From a virus (Duplodnaviria; Heunggongvirae; Uroviricota; Caudoviricetes): a stretch of 55,858 bases of DNA. Position numbers and translations under genes: made by a program. Location of the stretch: the IMG/VR virus record IMGVR_UViG_2660237930_000002; one strand, 5' to 3'. Positions 34,709 to 45,688 of this stretch are shown here, one piece after another (the stretch's first letter is position 1; each line of letters opens with the position of its first letter). A model generated the notes under the pieces. The model was not told the origin of the DNA and ran no database searches. It saw only the letters and a list, made by a program, of their open reading frames with translations.

Positions 34709-37179
34709 TGGCTATCAGTTGGATCCAGCCCAGCTTTGCCGGTGGTGAGATTGGACCGTCGTTGTACGGTCGTATCGACATGGCGAAGTACCAGGTGGCA
34801 TTGCGCAAGTGCGATAACTTTATCGTGCGGCAGTATGGCGGTGTTGAGAATCGACCGGGTACGCGTTTTGTCGGTGCTGCCAAATACCCAAATCGGAAAT
34901 GCCGCCTGATCCCGTTCCAGTTCTCGACGGTTCAGACCTATGCTCTGGAGTTCGGACACCAGTACATGCGCGTTATCAAAGATGGTGCGTTGGTGCTGAA
35001 CAGCAGCAATGTTATTTATGAAATTGCCACACCATATACTGAAGCCGATCTGTTCCAAATTAAATTCACGCAAAGCGCCGACGTGCTTACGCTGGTTCAC
35101 CCGGCATACCCGCCGAAAGAGTTGCGTCGCTATGCGCATGACAACTGGCAACTGATTGATGTGGTAACGAAGAACGGGCCATTTGAAGATATCAATATTG
35201 ACGAGTCAGTGACGGTTTATGCCAGCGCCAGCACCGGGACAATTACGTTAACGGCAAGCGCCTCTATTTTTGGCGCGGAGCAGGTAGGCAAATTGTTCTA
35301 TCTGGAACAGCCTGCAGTGGATTCTGTGCCGGTATGGGAAACCAGTAAGAGTACGTCGATTGGCGATATTCGCCGTGCAGACAGTAACTACTATCGCGCC
35401 GTTACAGCAGGCAAAACAGGCACTTTGCGCCCTTCGCATACAGAAGGCACATCATGGGATGGCTGGGGCGGATCCGGTGATGATGATACTGGCATTGAGT
35501 GGGAGTATCTGCACAGTGGTTTTGGCATTGCCCGTATAACTGCTGTAAATGGCACTACTGCAACTGCTGAGGTGATTTCCTATATCCCTTCGCAGGTCGT
35601 TGGCGAGGATAATGCCAGCTATAAATGGGCTAAATATGCCTGGAACAGTGTTAATGGTTATCCTGGCACTGTTGTTTATTATCAACAACGTCTTTACTTC
35701 GCCGCATCGACTGCGTTCCCTCAGACTATCTGGGCCAGCCGTACTGGGGATTATAAGGATTTTGGCAAAAGCAATCCTACGCAGGATGACGACAGAATTA
35801 TCTACACCTATGCCGGGCGTCAGGTTAATGAGATCCGCCACCTGATTGATGTTGGTTCGCTGGTGGCGCTGACTTCCGGAGGTGAGTACGTCATCACCGG
35901 CGACCAGAACAAAGTGTTAACCCCATCATCATTTGCATTCAGCTCTCAGGGATCAAATGGCTCAAGCAACGTCCCACCAATTGCCGTAGCGAATATTGCT
36001 CTGTTCGTCCAGGAGAAAGGCAGTGTTGTCCGTGATCTGGCCTACTCATTCGATGTTGACGGCTATCAGGGGAACGACCTGACCATCCTTGCCAATCATC
36101 TTTTTCAGAAGCACAGCATTGTTGACTGGTGCTTCTCTATTGTCCCTTACTCCAGCGCCTTCTGCATTCGTGATGACGGTAAATTACTGGTGATGACCTA
36201 TTTGCGTGATCAGCAGGTTTTTGCATGGGCACCACAATCCAGTACCGGAAAATATGAAAGCACATGCAGTATCAGCGAAGGCAATGAAGATGCGGTGTAT
36301 TTCGTCGTTAACCGAACCGTTAACGGGCAAACAGTGAGATACATCGAGCGGCTGTCCAGCCGTTTATTTACCAGCGATGAAGATGCTTTCTTTGTTGATT
36401 CTGGCCTTAGCTATGATGGAAGAAATACGTCTGACAGAACGATGACCATCACTGGTGGTTCTGGTGAATGGGATTACCGTGCGGAATATACAATCAGTGT
36501 TTCTGGTGGTGCGTACTTCACCAGTAGTGATGTCGGCGCGCAACTACAGTTCCCTTATACCGGAACTGATCCTGATACTGGCGATGAAGTGTCAAAAGAA
36601 TTACGTTGCGACATTATTTCTGTAACCAGCAATACCGCTGTAGTGGTTCGTGCTAACAGGAACGTACCGCCATCCCTCAGGAATGCGGCCACCACGAACT
36701 GGCAGATGGCGCGCCGGACATTTGGAGGCCTGTCTCATCTTGAAGGCCAGACCGTAAACATTCTCTCTGATGCGAACGTGGAACCACAGAAAGTAGTTTC
36801 CGGAGGTGCCGTCACGCTGGAATCTCCGGGGGCTGTAGTGCACATCGGCCTGCCAATAACTGCTGAATTCGAAACACTGGATATCAACATTAACGGACAG
36901 GAAACGCTGCTGGACAAAAAACAGGTGATCCCCTCCGTTACTCTGGTTGTGAATGCCAGTCGCGGCATCTGGGCGACTACGCCCGGCGGTAAATGGTACG
37001 AATATCCACAGCGTGAATTCGAGTTCTACGATGATCCTGTTGATGATGCTACCGGAAAAGTAGAAGTGAAACTGGACAGTAACTGGGGCAAAAACGGACG
37101 TGTAAGAATCCGTCAGCTTGACCCGTTGCCGCTGTCTGTTCTTGCCGTTATTCCTCGCCTTACTGTTGGGGGGTTCTGA
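34708..37179 (+). CDS. Tail tubular/nozzle protein B-like (823 aa)
   Basis: Size and synteny. Confidence 0.45.
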   Translation: MAISWIQPSFAGGEIGPSLYGRIDMAKYQVALRKCDNFIVRQYGGVENRPGTRFVGAAKYPNRKCRLIPFQFSTVQTYALEFGHQYMRVIKDGALVLNSSNVIYEIATPYTEADLFQIKFTQSADVLTLVHPAYPPKELRRYAHDNWQLIDVVTKNGPFEDINIDESVTVYASASTGTITLTASASIFGAEQVGKLFYLEQPAVDSVPVWETSKSTSIGDIRRADSNYYRAVTAGKTGTLRPSHTEGTSWDGWGGSGDDDTGIEWEYLHSGFGIARITAVNGTTATAEVISYIPSQVVGEDNASYKWAKYAWNSVNGYPGTVVYYQQRLYFAASTAFPQTIWASRTGDYKDFGKSNPTQDDDRIIYTYAGRQVNEIRHLIDVGSLVALTSGGEYVITGDQNKVLTPSSFAFSSQGSNGSSNVPPIAVANIALFVQEKGSVVRDLAYSFDVDGYQGNDLTILANHLFQKHSIVDWCFSIVPYSSAFCIRDDGKLLVMTYLRDQQVFAWAPQSSTGKYESTCSISEGNEDAVYFVVNRTVNGQTVRYIERLSSRLFTSDEDAFFVDSGLSYDGRNTSDRTMTITGGSGEWDYRAEYTISVSGGAYFTSSDVGAQLQFPYTGTDPDTGDEVSKELRCDIISVTSNTAVVVRANRNVPPSLRNAATTNWQMARRTFGGLSHLEGQTVNILSDANVEPQKVVSGGAVTLESPGAVVHIGLPITAEFETLDININGQETLLDKKQVIPSVTLVVNASRGIWATTPGGKWYEYPQREFEFYDDPVDDATGKVEVKLDSNWGKNGRVRIRQLDPLPLSVLAVIPRLTVGGF

Positions 37180-37643
37180 TGATCGATGTTCGAATTATTC
37201 CCGCTACCGAAGAGCATCTTCAGATGATTTTGCCGGATGTTCGTCAGGCTGATATTGACGAACTGTATGCGGTATCGCTGATGACTACCGAAGATGCGCT
37301 GCGTGTTGGTCTGCGCACTGCGACTATGGCCTGGTCAGGGTTTGCGAACAGAGAACTGGTAACCATGTTTGGTGTATCACCGGCGTCAATGATTGGTGGA
37401 AATGGTACGCCCTGGCTGGTCGGAACCAGCCATATTGAAAAATATCAGAAGACATTTCTTCGCCACTGCCGCCCTGTATTGCAGCAGATGCTGGCAGTTT
37501 ATCCGCGCCTGGAAAACTACGTCGACGAGCGAAACCATGTTGCCAAAGCATGGCTGCACTGGCTTGGATTCAGGCTTGAAGAAGCCGCGCCTTATGGCGC
37601 TCTTGGTCTTAATTTCCACAGATTTCACATGGAGAGAAAATAA
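37179..37643 (+). CDS. Internal virion protein (gp13-like position)
   Basis: Synteny only. Confidence 0.3.
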   Translation: MIDVRIIPATEEHLQMILPDVRQADIDELYAVSLMTTEDALRVGLRTATMAWSGFANRELVTMFGVSPASMIGGNGTPWLVGTSHIEKYQKTFLRHCRPVLQQMLAVYPRLENYVDERNHVAKAWLHWLGFRLEEAAPYGALGLNFHRFHMERK

Positions 37644-38182
37644 TGTGTAACCCAGCCATCGCTTTGGTTGCCGTCACAGTGGCATCCACAGCCGCGTCAA
37701 TGTACAGCCAGAGCAAGCAGGCAAAATACCAGTCAGCCATAGCTGATCGGAATGCTGAAATTGCTGAAGCTCAGGCACAGGATTCAATCAATCGTGGGAA
37801 TATTGAAGCGGATCAGCGTCGTCGTGAAATGCGTCAACGCTCAGGCACTGCGGCGGCCACTATGGGGGCTACCGGTGCGGAATTAAGTAGCGGAACAGCT
37901 CTTGACGTTTTTGCGGATAATGCTCAGTTCGGCACTCTTGATGCGTTAACGACAGTGAATAATGCTCAGCGTGAGGCATATGGGTATCAGGTTCAGGGAA
38001 TGAATGCTCAGGCACAGGGGGCTGCTGCTCAGTCGGCTGCTAAATCATCGATGACCAGCACTTTGTTAACGGCACCACTAAAAGCATACGGTGCATACCA
38101 GATGGGCGGCGGAACGTGGAGCCCGTTCTCTCAGAAAGCTGCGCCGATTTCTGCTGCTGTTGGCACTCCAACAGGTCGATAA
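37643..38182 (+). CDS. Internal virion protein (gp14-like position), Ala/Gln-rich
   Basis: Synteny; low-complexity composition. Confidence 0.3.
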   Translation: MCNPAIALVAVTVASTAASMYSQSKQAKYQSAIADRNAEIAEAQAQDSINRGNIEADQRRREMRQRSGTAAATMGATGAELSSGTALDVFADNAQFGTLDALTTVNNAQREAYGYQVQGMNAQAQGAAAQSAAKSSMTSTLLTAPLKAYGAYQMGGGTWSPFSQKAAPISAAVGTPTGR

Positions 38183-38194
38183 GGGGATAATAAG

Positions 38195-40708
38195 ATGCCA
38201 GTTGTACCAACAACATCGGGCCGCCAGGTTCAAAGCAGAGGGATTTCGACGCAGGGATTCTCATCGTTTCAGACACCAAATGTCGGTGATGTACTTGGCG
38301 ATGTTGCAGAGCAATATGCAGGTATTATTGCGCAGGCAAAACAGCGTGCGAATGTTGCTATGGCTCAGGATGCTTCTCTTAGCTTAAGCCAGATAAGCAG
38401 CGATCTGCTGAATAACCCTGAAACAGGTTTGCTTAACCTGAAAGGGAAAAATGCTATTGGAAAAGGTCAGGAGTATACGCAGCAGTTTGATGCCCAGGTC
38501 GAGCAACTGGCTATGTCGCTGCCGGATGAACAGGCCCGTAATGCTTTCATGCAGCAGGCACAGCAGCAGCGCATTCAGTTCACTACGCAGGCCGGGCGGC
38601 ACGAGATAGGGCAAATTAATGCCTACGAAGAAGGTCAGTTTCAGGCGACGCTGCTGAATAATGGTAAAAATGCCGCAGCATTGTATGGCGACAATGCCGC
38701 ATACGTATTGGCTAATAAGCAAACTTTCCAGCAAATTGAGGATTACGGCATTGCGCATGGCTGGAGCGACGAGCAAATCCAGGCCAAGAAAATCGAGTTT
38801 AAAGAGAAGGTTGCTGATGCCGCATTGTCCCAGTGGTCGGCAAACAATGCGACCGCATTCATCCAAAGTAATGGCGAGTTAAGTGATACTGCTGCTGGAG
38901 CTCGCCGTGCTGTAGCAGATAGTGACTCTTCCGAGCGTGCCCGTGGCATACGCAACAATAACCCAGGAAATCTCGAATACAGCAAAACTAATCCGTGGGT
39001 AGGCCAGACCGGTGATGATGGTCGATTTGCTAAATTCGAAACACCTGAACACGGGATTCGTGCATTAGGGCGAAACCTGATGTCGTATCAGAGGCAGGGT
39101 ATTGATACCGTCAGCGAGATAATTAATCGCTGGGCACCGCCTACTGATAAAAATGATACTATGTCGTATATCAAAGCAGTGTGCGAACAACTTGGCGTTT
39201 CTGCTGATGATCCTCTCGATGCATCTAATCCTGATACCCTGAAGGCGCTTTGTGCAGCCATTATCCATCATGAGAACGGTAACCAGCCATACAGTGATCA
39301 GCAGTTAACTGCTGGTGTCAGTGCAGCACTTGGTTTATCAACAATTCCAACCAACACCAAACGCTATACCGGTAATGCAGCATTCGATGCGGCATCTCCT
39401 GAGGCGCAGGCAAGTTTTATGCGACAGGCGGATCAACTGCGTCGGCAGCAGCAGGCTGAATATAAAACGATGATTGACAGCCAGGTTCGCGATGCGACGG
39501 CTGCGTATATGCGTGGCGTTGAATTTCCTAACCCACCTGGTGAGGATGATTTTATTGCAGCTTATGGAGTCAGAGAAGGAAACCTGCGATATACCGAGTT
39601 TAAGAATACGCAGATCGCCGGACAGTATATAGGCTCTTTCCGCAACATGCCGACAAGCAGCATTACAGCATATGTTGAGCAATTACGCCCGGATACTGGT
39701 GATACAGGGGAGGGGTATGCGGCACGCGCAGATCTTTATGACAACGTTGTTTCGGCTGCAAATCAGGTGATAAAGCAGCGGCAGTCGGATCCTGTGCAGT
39801 TCTCTCTTGCCTCCGGACTGGCAAAGCCTATCGACATGAGCAATAAGGATAACTTTGGACAGAGCGTTGCCTTGCGTGCCGCTCAGGTCAGTGACCTTGC
39901 TAAGTCATATGGCACTCCACTGACGTTCTTTTCCAAAGACGAGGCCAATCAGATCGGTGTTTTCTTTCGTGATGCTCCAGTTTCCCAACAGGCAGCATAT
40001 CTCGATACCATCAGGCAGAGTACTGGTGGTGGGCAGGTGTATATGTCAGCACTACAGCAGATCAGTGCCAACGCGCCATCTGCTGCCGTTGCCGGGATAC
40101 TGATGGATAAGCCTGGTGGTATTTTGGCAGAAAAAAACTGGTTTAATCCGGATGTTTCCGTGTCTCCTGAAACCGCTGCGCAGACAATTCTTGCTGGCGC
40201 GGCGGCTCGTAAAGGTACTGATGATGCGAAAGGTATTCCGATGCCTAAAGATGCTGATCTTCGCCTTGAGTTTTCTGACATGGTGAAGGATGCATTTGCT
40301 GGTGACGCTCAGGGAGCATCAATGGCATACGAGATCGCAAAGGATTATTACGCTGGTGTGATGGCGAAAAAAGGCGTGGTATCAGGCGAAATTGACAATG
40401 ATGTCTGGAAACAGGCTGTTAACGTAGCTACAGGTGGCGTGCATGACTATAACGGAATGGGGAATGTCCTTTTGCCGTGGGGAATGTCTGCAGAGCAATT
40501 CGATAAGCAGGTTAATCAGGCTTGGAATGAACAAGTTGTCGGCACCGGGATAAAAACACCGCCTGGTCAGTATGGTTTGCAAAGTTACGGCGATAGTCAG
40601 TACCTGGTGAAACTTGGTACTGGTTATCTGCTGAAAGATGATGGTTCTCCTGTTGTTCTTGATCTGACACAGAAGCGTCAGAGATTCTCCGGAGATATTC
40701 CGCAATGA
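38195..40708 (+). CDS. Internal virion/ejection protein (837 aa), possible cell-wall hydrolase segment
   Basis: Size and synteny; internal segment GIRNNNPGNLEYSKTNPWVGQ suggestive of an enzymatic domain. Confidence 0.4.
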   Translation: MPVVPTTSGRQVQSRGISTQGFSSFQTPNVGDVLGDVAEQYAGIIAQAKQRANVAMAQDASLSLSQISSDLLNNPETGLLNLKGKNAIGKGQEYTQQFDAQVEQLAMSLPDEQARNAFMQQAQQQRIQFTTQAGRHEIGQINAYEEGQFQATLLNNGKNAAALYGDNAAYVLANKQTFQQIEDYGIAHGWSDEQIQAKKIEFKEKVADAALSQWSANNATAFIQSNGELSDTAAGARRAVADSDSSERARGIRNNNPGNLEYSKTNPWVGQTGDDGRFAKFETPEHGIRALGRNLMSYQRQGIDTVSEIINRWAPPTDKNDTMSYIKAVCEQLGVSADDPLDASNPDTLKALCAAIIHHENGNQPYSDQQLTAGVSAALGLSTIPTNTKRYTGNAAFDAASPEAQASFMRQADQLRRQQQAEYKTMIDSQVRDATAAYMRGVEFPNPPGEDDFIAAYGVREGNLRYTEFKNTQIAGQYIGSFRNMPTSSITAYVEQLRPDTGDTGEGYAARADLYDNVVSAANQVIKQRQSDPVQFSLASGLAKPIDMSNKDNFGQSVALRAAQVSDLAKSYGTPLTFFSKDEANQIGVFFRDAPVSQQAAYLDTIRQSTGGGQVYMSALQQISANAPSAAVAGILMDKPGGILAEKNWFNPDVSVSPETAAQTILAGAAARKGTDDAKGIPMPKDADLRLEFSDMVKDAFAGDAQGASMAYEIAKDYYAGVMAKKGVVSGEIDNDVWKQAVNVATGGVHDYNGMGNVLLPWGMSAEQFDKQVNQAWNEQVVGTGIKTPPGQYGLQSYGDSQYLVKLGTGYLLKDDGSPVVLDLTQKRQRFSGDIPQ

Positions 40709-42507
40709 GTTACTTTGGCCTTAATCCAGTAAACCAGAATCAGCAACTTGACGAAGCAGCATCAAATCCAGCGGGCTTTAACAGCGATGTTGGTTTTTTC
40801 GACAATGCTGCAGGAGCGGCATTGTCTGGTTTGTACTCCGGGCTGGTGGCAAAGCCAGATCAGTTGCTATGGGCAGGGATGGATAAAATCGTATCCCCGA
40901 TTGCTCAGTTTGTTAACGAAAACACCTCGTTCAATGACACTTCAGTTTCATACATTGCTGAGCAGAGAAAACTAGCAGAGCAGCAGGTTAAGCAGCTGAC
41001 GCCTGATGCCGCGACAACCGGAACCGCCGGGCAGGTTCTTTATGGGTTGTTCGATATGGGCGGGCAGGCTGTTGTCGGTACAACGCTCGGTGGTCCTGTC
41101 GGAGGTGCAGCGGCGGTAACTTCGCTACAGGGTTTTTCTGAGTTTGAACGGCTGACAGCACAGGGTGTTGATTTCAGGACGGCGCAGGAAGCGGGATTAG
41201 TGCAGGGCATTACTGCTGGTGCCGGAACACTGATCCCTATGAGCCTCGGGTTACGTGCTGGTGGTGCGCTGGCGGAAGGTGTGGCGGCTCAGCTTGCGCG
41301 GACGGGTGAGAGTTCAGTGCGACGCGCCGCAGCAACAGCAGTACGTGCAATGCCAGATATTGCCTATGCCGCAGGTACAAATATTGCGTTCGGTATGGCA
41401 CAGCGTGGGCTTACTGCAAAAACGCTTCGTGATGGTGGCTATAGCGAAATGGCTAACCAGTATGATGTGTTGGATCGACAGGCAATTGCTATTGATGCTG
41501 TTCTTGGGGTGGCGTTTGGTGGTGTCGGCAGATTTATTAACTCTCGCGGCGAGTCTACAAACGCACCAAATTTTTCACCAGTTGATATCGATGCTGCACT
41601 GGCGGCGAATGCCGCTCATCATGCTGAAATTGATATTGCGCCCGGCGTGCCGATCAACGTGCTTTCGCGCAATTCTCACATTCAGGCTCTGCGAAAAGCT
41701 ATGTCTGATGTTAGCCAGGGGAGACCTGTAGACGTTGCCAGCATTGTTGAGTCTGCATCTTTCAGTGAAATTCCTGGGCGCAAGAGTCTGCTGTCTCAGG
41801 CAGTTAATGAGGCTCTGTCATCTGTAGATGATGGAGTAACGGCGCGCGCTATAGAAAATCGGTTGCTTGAAGAACAGGCCGCGCAGCTTTTGCCGCGTGG
41901 AGATAGACAGGTTTACCAGTCTGAAATCGCTAATAGCCAACGAATTATTGAAAATCTCACTGAACAGCGTGCACAAATTCTTGCAGAAGAGCCAACCGGT
42001 AGCGGTAAAGCTTTGTCTCGTACTCGATCAGATAAACAGGCCAGACTTCGCGATATTGACCAACGAATCCGGCAGGCACAAGAACGCCTGGAATTTTCTC
42101 GTAACGCGTTGGCACCGCATGAGCCTGGCGGTCAGTTTTTTGAAGCTCGAGCAGAACTGGCTCGGAGACAGCAGGCAGAAAGTGAACTTAATGCTCAGGC
42201 TGTTTCATTCTATAAAACAGCAGAGGTCAGGACGCCAGGCGAAGTGGCTCCTTTTGAGCCTGATAAAATATTGCAACAGGCAGAACAAAAAATGATGGCG
42301 GATCAGGCAGGAGATATTGATCTGCGCATAGCTGAAGACTCGCTGCTTGAATCACCTGACATGATAATCACCGTGCTGGATGATGATGGTAATCCACAAT
42401 CGCGCAGCGCGCGTGAAGTACTGGATGAAGCGAACAGGGAAAGTGAGCAGGCAATACAGGATTCCAGCCTGTTTGATGTCGCTGTGGCGTGTTTCTTGAG
42501 AGGTTAA
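40705..42507 (+). CDS. Internal virion/ejection protein (600 aa)
   Basis: Size and synteny; Ala/Gly-rich. Confidence 0.4.
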   Translation: MSYFGLNPVNQNQQLDEAASNPAGFNSDVGFFDNAAGAALSGLYSGLVAKPDQLLWAGMDKIVSPIAQFVNENTSFNDTSVSYIAEQRKLAEQQVKQLTPDAATTGTAGQVLYGLFDMGGQAVVGTTLGGPVGGAAAVTSLQGFSEFERLTAQGVDFRTAQEAGLVQGITAGAGTLIPMSLGLRAGGALAEGVAAQLARTGESSVRRAAATAVRAMPDIAYAAGTNIAFGMAQRGLTAKTLRDGGYSEMANQYDVLDRQAIAIDAVLGVAFGGVGRFINSRGESTNAPNFSPVDIDAALAANAAHHAEIDIAPGVPINVLSRNSHIQALRKAMSDVSQGRPVDVASIVESASFSEIPGRKSLLSQAVNEALSSVDDGVTARAIENRLLEEQAAQLLPRGDRQVYQSEIANSQRIIENLTEQRAQILAEEPTGSGKALSRTRSDKQARLRDIDQRIRQAQERLEFSRNALAPHEPGGQFFEARAELARRQQAESELNAQAVSFYKTAEVRTPGEVAPFEPDKILQQAEQKMMADQAGDIDLRIAEDSLLESPDMIITVLDDDGNPQSRSAREVLDEANRESEQAIQDSSLFDVAVACFLRG

Positions 42508-42512
42508 ATTAA

Positions 42513-44987
42513 ATGAGACAGGAATGTATACAAGCGGTCCAGCAGGCGGCGCAGCGCACGTTAACGGCGCGAGAAATACAGAACATTGAAGACCGCATTT
42601 ATCGAAATATGCGCTCCATTGCTCGTGATGACCCGATGTCGTGGAGACAACTTTCCGAATCAGAGCGGCTATATCGTGCAGCACAATTGGCATCTGAAGA
42701 ATTACAGCGAGAAGCGGCATTAAAGAAACGTCGTGTGGCCCTCACTATAGCCGCACGTCAGAGATTGGATAAATTTATCAATAGCTATCAAGGGGCTGAT
42801 GGGAAACTTGGCGCTCTTAACCGTACTATTGCTTTTAATGCAGACGGTAAATCGAATTTCCTCTCTGTTGAGTCCAGAACAAAAGCCACTCGTGATTATG
42901 CATTGAGTCAATTGCAAGAGGCATTTGAAGCAGTTGATCCTCGCTTTTTTGGCCTGTTTGAAGATGAAGCTGGCGTGCGTGACTTGGTATATGAAATGCG
43001 AGGGCAAAATACTGGCAATGCTAAAGCAAGAAAAGGTGCTAAGGCGTGGAGAGAAGTGACAGATCTACTGCGCCGCCGGTTTAATGATGCTGGTGGGGAC
43101 ATTGGCTATCTCGAAAACTGGGGGATCCCTCAACATCATTCTATGGAAAAGGTTGGGGCGGTATCAAAGGATAAGTGGGTTAGCGATGTTATAGGTAAGC
43201 TGGATCGCAAATATTATATCCGAGCCGATGGACAACTGATGAACGATGCCGAGTTGTCTGCATTTCTTGGAGAGGCTTATAACACGATCGCTACTGGTGG
43301 GCTGAATAAGCTTACTGATACCGGAATGCGAATTTCCGGCGCACGTGCTAACCGTGGTAATGCATCACGACAGATACATTTCAAAGATGCAGATTCCTAT
43401 CTGCAATATCAGCAACTTTATGGCGATCGCTCTCTATGGGAAATCATGGTCGGTCACCTGGAAGGTATCAGTAAAGATATTGCACTGGTGGAAACATATG
43501 GCCCAAACCCCGATCATGTTTTCCGCTCCCTTCTTGATCAGGTTAAGGCAGAAACGGCAACAGCTAACCCGAGTAAAACCGGTAAAGTCGAGCGGCTGGC
43601 GAACAACACAGAGAATCTGTACAACTTTATTTCCGGAAAGACACAGCCTGTAGCGAATCCGCACATCGCGCGATGGTCTGACAATATCCGCAACTGGCTG
43701 GTTGCCAGCAGACTCGGATCCGCGTTGCTGTCATCGTTCTCTGATCTTGGAACCATGTATCTGTCTGCGAAGGTTACCAACCTTCCAATGAACCAGTTAT
43801 TCCGCAACCAACTTGAAGCTATGGACCCAACGAACCGTACAGAACTTGCGCGGGCGCGCCGCGCTGGTCTGGCGATGGAATCTCTACTTGGCAGCGTTAA
43901 CCGCTGGGCGATGGATAATATGGGGCCGTCAGTGTCTCGTTGGGCGGCGACGGCGGTAATGCGTGCCAGTGGGCTTACAGCATGGTCAGATGCGCACAAG
44001 CGCGCCTATGGCGTAACCATGATGGGAAGCCTGGGAGAAGTAGTGTCACGGACACCAGACCTTCGTAGCCTCGATGATTCTGATTTTCGTATCCTGAAAA
44101 GCAAAGGGATTACTGACACAGACTGGAGCGTATGGAAGCTGGCGCAACAGGAGGACTGGGGGAACGGTAATAATACGATGCTGACACCGGAAAGCATTAT
44201 GCGTATCCCTGATTCAGCAGTTAAACATCTTGGTGAGCCTGAACGCGTGAAATTTGAGGCAATGCGTAAACTGCTCGGTGCCGTAACTGAAGAGGTTGAT
44301 ATGGCTGTTATTACACCGGGAGCACGTGAGCAACTGATAACCGGTTCTGGTATTCAGCGTGGAACATGGAAAGGTGAATTAACGAGAAGTGTTTTCCTGT
44401 TTAAATCGTTCCCTATCTCGGTGGTTATGCGTCACTGGTCACGCGCTATGGGTATGCCGTCTGCTGGTGGGCGTGCGGCATATATTGCGACGTTTATTGC
44501 CAGTACGACCATTCTTGGCGCTTTGTCGCAGCAACTTAACGACCTTGCGTCTGGTCGTAATCCTCGCGAGATGACAGGAGAAGATGCTGCTAAATTTTGG
44601 CTTGGTGCTCTACTGAAAGGTGGTGGTCTTGGCCTTTACGGTGACTTTTTATTGTCAGATCACACTAGGTACGGAAGCGGCGCGCTGGCATCGATGCTTG
44701 GCCCGGTAGCTGGTCTGGTTGATGACGTAGTGAAGATTGCTCAGGGCATACCGTTAAATGCTGTGGAAGGGAAGAGTGAGCAGACTGGTGGTGATCTGAT
44801 TAAGCTGGGGAAAGGTCTGATGCCAGGTGCGAATCTCTGGTACTTGAAGGCGGCTCTCGATCACATGATCTTTAACCAGATGCAGGAGTATTTTTCACCA
44901 GGCTATTTGCGTAAAATGGAGCAACGTTCGAAGAAAGAGTTTAACCAGACATACTGGTGGCGACCACAGGATGTCACTCCGCAATAA
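42513..44987 (+). CDS. Internal virion/ejection protein (824 aa)
   Basis: Size and synteny. Confidence 0.4.
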   Translation: MRQECIQAVQQAAQRTLTAREIQNIEDRIYRNMRSIARDDPMSWRQLSESERLYRAAQLASEELQREAALKKRRVALTIAARQRLDKFINSYQGADGKLGALNRTIAFNADGKSNFLSVESRTKATRDYALSQLQEAFEAVDPRFFGLFEDEAGVRDLVYEMRGQNTGNAKARKGAKAWREVTDLLRRRFNDAGGDIGYLENWGIPQHHSMEKVGAVSKDKWVSDVIGKLDRKYYIRADGQLMNDAELSAFLGEAYNTIATGGLNKLTDTGMRISGARANRGNASRQIHFKDADSYLQYQQLYGDRSLWEIMVGHLEGISKDIALVETYGPNPDHVFRSLLDQVKAETATANPSKTGKVERLANNTENLYNFISGKTQPVANPHIARWSDNIRNWLVASRLGSALLSSFSDLGTMYLSAKVTNLPMNQLFRNQLEAMDPTNRTELARARRAGLAMESLLGSVNRWAMDNMGPSVSRWAATAVMRASGLTAWSDAHKRAYGVTMMGSLGEVVSRTPDLRSLDDSDFRILKSKGITDTDWSVWKLAQQEDWGNGNNTMLTPESIMRIPDSAVKHLGEPERVKFEAMRKLLGAVTEEVDMAVITPGAREQLITGSGIQRGTWKGELTRSVFLFKSFPISVVMRHWSRAMGMPSAGGRAAYIATFIASTTILGALSQQLNDLASGRNPREMTGEDAAKFWLGALLKGGGLGLYGDFLLSDHTRYGSGALASMLGPVAGLVDDVVKIAQGIPLNAVEGKSEQTGGDLIKLGKGLMPGANLWYLKAALDHMIFNQMQEYFSPGYLRKMEQRSKKEFNQTYWWRPQDVTPQ

Positions 44988-44995
44988 AAGGAGAT

Positions 44996-45121
44996 ATGAT
45001 GGTTCAAATAACTTTTATTGTACTAATATGTGCAGCGTTTTTATGCTATTCATACATTTTGATAAAAATGGGTTTCAATTGGAACCTCTGTTGCGTGCAG
45101 CGGCATGGTTCGGCTTTGTAG
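44996..45121 (+). CDS. Small hydrophobic peptide (41 aa), candidate membrane moron
   Basis: Hand-translated MMVQITFIVLICAAFLCYSYILIKMGFNWNLCCVQRHGSAL; AAGGAG RBS 7 nt upstream; AT-rich. Confidence 0.3.
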   Translation: MMVQITFIVLICAAFLCYSYILIKMGFNWNLCCVQRHGSAL

Positions 45122-45206
45122 TATTCGGAATTGTATTGTTCGGAAGAATAATAAAATAACTAGTTAATTTGTGGATTGGTGCTGTTTTTCCATGATAGGG
45201 GTAATT

Positions 45207-45587
45207 ATGAGAAAAGTATTTTTGATTTTTGGATTTATGCTTCTCGTTGGATGCCAGTCAGCTGCACAGTTTGAAAGAAATATGCTTACGTGGCGTGGGC
45301 AGAGTATAGACGCAATGGTTCAGCAGTGGGGGTATCCTCAGGGAGAGCTTACATCTCCAGATGGAAACAGAGTGTATGTTTACTCAAGCTCTGGTAGTTA
45401 TAACGTACCACAAACCACAACGTATAATACTACGTCTAATCTAATTGGTAATACTATATATTCAAACACATATGCAACAACTGATGGCGGTTATACACTC
45501 CATTTCAGTTGCTCTGTTTACGTTGAGTTTGGTGCTGATAAGATTATTAAAAATGTTACATGGCGCGGTAATAATTGCGTTGCGTGA
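45207..45587 (+). CDS. Lipoprotein (moron)
   Basis: MRKVFLIFGFMLLVG-C lipobox signal peptide; AT-rich codon usage; followed by terminator. Confidence 0.65.
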   Translation: MRKVFLIFGFMLLVGCQSAAQFERNMLTWRGQSIDAMVQQWGYPQGELTSPDGNRVYVYSSSGSYNVPQTTTYNTTSNLIGNTIYSNTYATTDGGYTLHFSCSVYVEFGADKIIKNVTWRGNNCVA

Positions 45588-45595
45588 CATGTCAC

Positions 45596-45620
45596 AGGCC
45601 GCTTTCGCGGCCTTGTTTTT
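45596..45620 (+). terminator. Rho-independent terminator after lipoprotein gene
   Basis: aggccgc-tttc-gcggcct then TGTTTTT. Confidence 0.65.
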
Positions 45621-45655
45621 AACGAATGCCACCGCCGCCCGGGCGGGAATCCGCA

Positions 45656-45688
45656 GACACAAAAAAGCCCGCGGCGCGGGCTTACTTT
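45656..45688 (-). terminator. Rho-independent terminator for the leftward accessory operon
   Basis: Minus-strand agcccgcg-ccgc-gggct then TTTTTTG; overlaps the stop of the 182-aa ORF. Confidence 0.55.
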
